IMG/VR virus record: IMGVR_UViG_3300035208_004923
Location: 160,001-224,000 of that record
Source: a virus
Lineage: Duplodnaviria > Caudoviricetes
Strand: one strand, 5' to 3'
Length of the DNA stretch: 64,000 nt
Shown here piece after piece: positions 60,598 to 64,000 of the stretch (position 1 is the stretch's first letter; each line of letters begins with the position of its first letter). Under the pieces are notes generated by a model. The model did not search any database. It was not told where the DNA came from and saw only the letters and a list, made by a program, of their open reading frames with translations. A program made the translations under genes and the position numbers.

Positions 60598-60882
60598 TTA
60601 TTTATTTTCAATTTCGTGTCCGTTTGCTATAAGAATTTTTGCAATTATATTTAAAACACCGGATTGATGATGTGTTGCACCATAATGCATTATTATGCTA
60701 GCTATATCAGATCTGAATATAATTTTCTCATCTTTATCTGCTATATTAATTCCGAAATAATCATAAAAAACTTTCTTTAAAATGTCATATGTCCATTCAG
60801 ATTCTATATACGTTTTGTATGTTCTTGGTGAAACAAACATTTCATTTACATATTCGTTTAATGTAGGTATTCTATTTTTCAT
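60598..60882 (-). CDS. Hypothetical protein with the leader motif
   Basis: Begins MKNRIPTLNEYVNEM. Confidence 0.7.
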   Translation of the reverse strand: MKNRIPTLNEYVNEMFVSPRTYKTYIESEWTYDILKKVFYDYFGINIADKDEKIIFRSDIASIIMHYGATHHQSGVLNIIAKILIANGHEIENK

Positions 60883-60883
60883 A

Positions 60884-61411
60884 CTAATATAATTTATCTT
60901 TTAAGGATTGATATTTTTCTTCTGCTTTATCAGCTTTTATTTGTAATGGCGCTAATTCTTTTTTGATTTTCTCAATTTTTGTATTTAATTTATTCAATTC
61001 ACCACCTATGCGATTTGCTTCTTTGTCTTTTTCTGCATCTGTTTTAAGATGACCAATAGTTTCTTCTTGGTCATGCATCAAGTTATTATAGTCATCTTGG
61101 TAACTTTTAAGTTCGTATTTCAAATCGCTAACTTGTCCATCTAACGCATAATAAATGTCTTCTGCTTTTTTGATTTCTGTTCTTAATTTATCATCATCAT
61201 TTTTATTTGCTAAATATTGCAAATCATAATCACTGTATTCTTTATTCGATAAGCTAAACTTTCCGTTTTCTTTGCGTATCCATCCATGCTGCGTTTTCAT
61301 GAATTTTTCGCCTTGCACTTCAATGAATCCACCAATTGGAGTTTTTGCAAACCCTGCTGGTAATTTTCCTTCATTTAAAAATTCGTCGAATGTTGGTATT
61401 CTTTGTATCAT
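60884..61411 (-). CDS. Coiled-coil protein with the leader motif
   Basis: Begins MIQRIPTFDEFLNEG. Confidence 0.7.
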   Translation of the reverse strand: MIQRIPTFDEFLNEGKLPAGFAKTPIGGFIEVQGEKFMKTQHGWIRKENGKFSLSNKEYSDYDLQYLANKNDDDKLRTEIKKAEDIYYALDGQVSDLKYELKSYQDDYNNLMHDQEETIGHLKTDAEKDKEANRIGGELNKLNTKIEKIKKELAPLQIKADKAEEKYQSLKDKLY

Positions 61412-61415
61412 ATAT

Positions 61416-62030
61416 TTATTTTATTTCTTTAAATTCTTTTCCATTAAATTTGAACCATCCACCCATACTTGTATTTGGGCCACACTCCATGTCAATTTCA
61501 ACAGATATTTGTTTTGCATCGTTATAACCATTTTTTGCAATTGCATCAGCTACAAATTCATTTTCTAACATATCAGTATCAAAAGGATTTGAATCACCAA
61601 GACAAATAAAAATTTTATTAGATTCTTTATGCCAATAAGTTATCCCATATTCGTGATTGCAAATAATTTCAATTGCTTTGGCGTAATTTACAAGTTTTTC
61701 TTCATCTATCAGCGAAGAACTGCTTTCAAAAATATATGATTCATTAACCGGTTCTTTAATTGTTTCGATACTTTTTATAAAATCAGGACCATCACCATCC
61801 CATCCAAAAGATTTTTTGTATTTGCCTGCATCAGGGTCTACAACAATTTCGTATGAATGACCAGTATTGCCTATGCCAGCAATATGTTCTAGCATTTTTA
61901 ATAAACTGCCTGATGGATTTCTTGCAACAATTTTTATAACTATATCGTTATCAGCTATTTCTTTTAATTTTGAATTTACACTAAAATCTTCTTTTATGAA
62001 TTCATCAATAGTCGGTATTCTTTGTATCAT
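61416..62030 (-). CDS. Two-domain hypothetical protein with the leader motif
   Basis: MIQRIPTIDEFIKED leader and an internal PVNESYIFES linker. Confidence 0.7.
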   Translation of the reverse strand: MIQRIPTIDEFIKEDFSVNSKLKEIADNDIVIKIVARNPSGSLLKMLEHIAGIGNTGHSYEIVVDPDAGKYKKSFGWDGDGPDFIKSIETIKEPVNESYIFESSSSLIDEEKLVNYAKAIEIICNHEYGITYWHKESNKIFICLGDSNPFDTDMLENEFVADAIAKNGYNDAKQISVEIDMECGPNTSMGGWFKFNGKEFKEIK

Positions 62031-62048
62031 ATAAAAATGAATATTATT

Positions 62049-62780
62049 TTAATGGAATATCATGAACCAGTCTGGTGAGTTTTCAGAATCAATCTTTTCT
62101 AATAGTTCTTTTATTTCGTCTTGTCCTTCAGATTTTATACCCTCACCATTTATTGTTACGCCACCTGGTAAGTTATATGTAAACATTGTTAAAATTCTTC
62201 CTAATGATATTTTTGCTTGCGCTGTACAATATCTTTGGAATGTCCAATCTTCAAACATTTTGTCTTCTGCTATTTTTATATATGCTTGCATGAAAACATC
62301 AGCTTTAGGGTCTCTACCTAAAATAACTAAACGTCGTGTGTTGTGATTAAAGTCATACGCAATTCTATCTAAGAAAAATGCTCTAGATAAATCCCAATAA
62401 GATTCATATGCAGTTCTTAATACCATATCATCAGCGTTGAATGGCGATAAATAAATTTCCTGCGCAATCATTTTCTCTGCAGAGAAATCTGCACCAAAAT
62501 ACGTGATTCTAGAATTACCTTTGATTTCTTTTACTTCATAAACAGAAACAACACAATCAGGTAATTGAACGGAACGCGTTTTTTTGAATTCTGCAGATTG
62601 GAACACATCTTTCTTAATTACAAAATAATGAGTTTCTACCGAATATTGATAGTTGATGTATGCCCATTTTAATGCCAAGTCAATAATACGATTGAACTCT
62701 TTGTCTGGAATTGCGTATGGCAATGCGCATGCAACTGTGAGTTCATCTTTGATTTGTTGAATAAATTCTTGTCTAGTCAT
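62049..62780 (-). CDS. Neck protein (T4 gp13-like)
   Basis: QRYCTAQAKISLGRIL...LPGGVTING.GI..EG..E...L signature. Confidence 0.8.
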   Translation of the reverse strand: MTRQEFIQQIKDELTVACALPYAIPDKEFNRIIDLALKWAYINYQYSVETHYFVIKKDVFQSAEFKKTRSVQLPDCVVSVYEVKEIKGNSRITYFGADFSAEKMIAQEIYLSPFNADDMVLRTAYESYWDLSRAFFLDRIAYDFNHNTRRLVILGRDPKADVFMQAYIKIAEDKMFEDWTFQRYCTAQAKISLGRILTMFTYNLPGGVTINGEGIKSEGQDEIKELLEKIDSENSPDWFMIFH

Positions 62781-62794
62781 TATACGACATTATT

Positions 62795-63490
62795 TTATTT
62801 CCAGTCTTCTGGAAGTTCGTCAGGTTTACCTAAAGCTTTCGCTCTTTTTATTATGTGTTTTTTTGTTTCTGCTTTATTTGCACCTGTTCTGCCAAATGCA
62901 CGTATTGCGTTTTGCAAATCTTTAACAGTTTCAATTGGATATGAGCCATCTTCCATTGCAAAACCTTTATCTGTTAGTTTTTGTCTTTCTTCAGATGAAA
63001 ATTCCCGTTCAACAATATATGATATATGACTGAATGGCACATTTATTTCTTTTCCTTTATATTTAACAACAGCAAAATCTTCAGACCTTGATGATACACG
63101 ATTTATAACAGTTTCTTCTCCCAGTTCATTACTTGTTCCTGGGACAACAAATTCTATCTTATCACCTTTTGTTAATAAACGGATATCTTTATTTTCTAAT
63201 AATTCGCTTTCAAGAACAGCTTCAAGATCTTTTTTAACGAATTGTGTATTTGCATATATTCGCCATTCATCAAATTGATTTTGCATCATTGCAGCAATTT
63301 TTTCGGAACCTTTATAAATTTCATAATTCTTTAATCCATTCTTTTGGTTTATCTTATTGCATTTATATCCTTTTAATTTATTAGTTTCAATTGCTTTTAC
63401 TAATTTATCACTAGGTACCTCAATAAAATTAGAATCTTGATTTATTGATTCGTTTATAAATTCGTCTAATGTTGGTATTCTTTTTTTCAT
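62795..63490 (-). CDS. Leader-motif protein with a C-terminal DUF6582-like domain
   Basis: MKKRIPTLDEFINES leader and AMEDGSYPI...DLQNAIRAFGR...HIIKRAKALG. Confidence 0.7.
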   Translation of the reverse strand: MKKRIPTLDEFINESINQDSNFIEVPSDKLVKAIETNKLKGYKCNKINQKNGLKNYEIYKGSEKIAAMMQNQFDEWRIYANTQFVKKDLEAVLESELLENKDIRLLTKGDKIEFVVPGTSNELGEETVINRVSSRSEDFAVVKYKGKEINVPFSHISYIVEREFSSEERQKLTDKGFAMEDGSYPIETVKDLQNAIRAFGRTGANKAETKKHIIKRAKALGKPDELPEDWK

Positions 63491-63494
63491 GTGT

Positions 63495-64000
63495 TTATCT
63501 TTTTCCTTTTCCTTTAGTTGCTTTTAAAATTTTTGCTTGTTTATAATCTTTTGGATTAGGTTCTTTATAAACACCGAACGTTCCTTTAAGTCTTTTCGGT
63601 TTATCTTCAGTTATGCTAACAATACTTGTTTCTGGCGAGATATCTGCATTTGCACCTTTTTTACCTTTTCTGAAAACACCTTCCTCCATTTTGCAGTCAA
63701 TTATATAAATGCCATCATTTGCAACATAGCAATCTTGCATAAGATTCGATTTTTGAACATTTGTATTTTCAACTTTACAGCCTTTTAATGTGTTATCTTT
63801 AATTACATCACATTCAATAAAATGTGTTTTATCCATTTCGCAATTGTAAAATTTGCATCTTGTAAAAATTCCATAGCCAGTACAATGAACTAGTTCTAAA
63901 TCAAAGCATTCAACATTTTGCAAATCTGCATCTTTAATTTGTAATGCGCCTATTTCAGAATCGTAGTTAATATCCATTTTTTCACATTTTGATGCAACAA
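63495..64000 (-). CDS. C-terminal part of a protein with a beta-helix/pentapeptide-like region (partial)
   Basis: The frame stays open to the right edge, with repeating x-x-C-x-(F/L/V) pentads. Confidence 0.55.
   Translation of the reverse strand, partial: VASKCEKMDINYDSEIGALQIKDADLQNVECFDLELVHCTGYGIFTRCKFYNCEMDKTHFIECDVIKDNTLKGCKVENTNVQKSNLMQDCYVANDGIYIIDCKMEEGVFRKGKKGANADISPETSIVSITEDKPKRLKGTFGVYKEPNPKDYKQAKILKATKGKGKR

Noticed and set aside
586-63788. Numerous plus-strand ORFs in the track (for example 12095-12991, 13043-13636, 45015-45503, 49242-49754)
   Set aside because: They are antisense shadows of well-supported minus-strand genes. Only 15698-16042 occupies free space.
1-64000. Stop-codon reassignment (TAG or TGA) as in some large phages
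   Set aside because: Genes are full-length and densely packed in the standard code, and TAG acts as a real stop (for example at 60884, immediately before the next ATG).
1-64000. tRNA or rRNA genes, integrase, transposase
   Set aside because: None recognised. Intergenic gaps are short and AT-rich with no cloverleaf seen by eye; tRNAscan-SE would confirm.

Overview
This window is a fragment of an AT-rich (about 30% GC by eye), T4-related jumbo myophage genome in the standard genetic code, with almost every gene on the minus strand. The lack of Shine-Dalgarno motifs and a spanin-like gene suggest a Bacteroidota host (inference). In coordinate order it carries: a complete 2-aminoethylphosphonate (AEP) biosynthesis and activation operon (PEP mutase fused to a cytidylyltransferase, phosphonopyruvate decarboxylase, an NTP transferase, AEP transaminase); class II ribonucleotide reductase, the N-terminal half of a split family B DNA polymerase and dUTPase; a block of probable head-packaged proteins, including a HIGH-nucleotidyltransferase/ligase-fold fusion and an ATP-grasp ligase coupled to N5-(carboxyethyl)ornithine synthase; a T4-like replication and recombination module (UvsW, UvsY, primase, gp32 SSB, RuvC-like resolvase); a long tail/baseplate/neck module; and a second block of small probable head proteins. 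The best candidates for undescribed biology are: (1) the phage-encoded phosphonate pathway under a putative late promoter; (2) about 16 unrelated proteins sharing an N-terminal 'KRIPTLDEFINE' leader that looks like a capsid-targeting and protease-cleavage tag; (3) two phage promoter classes read directly from the sequence; and (4) a promoter-driven, repeat-containing non-coding element at 50.6 kb plus a structured leader at 11.2 kb. All protein calls come from motif recognition by eye, with no database search.
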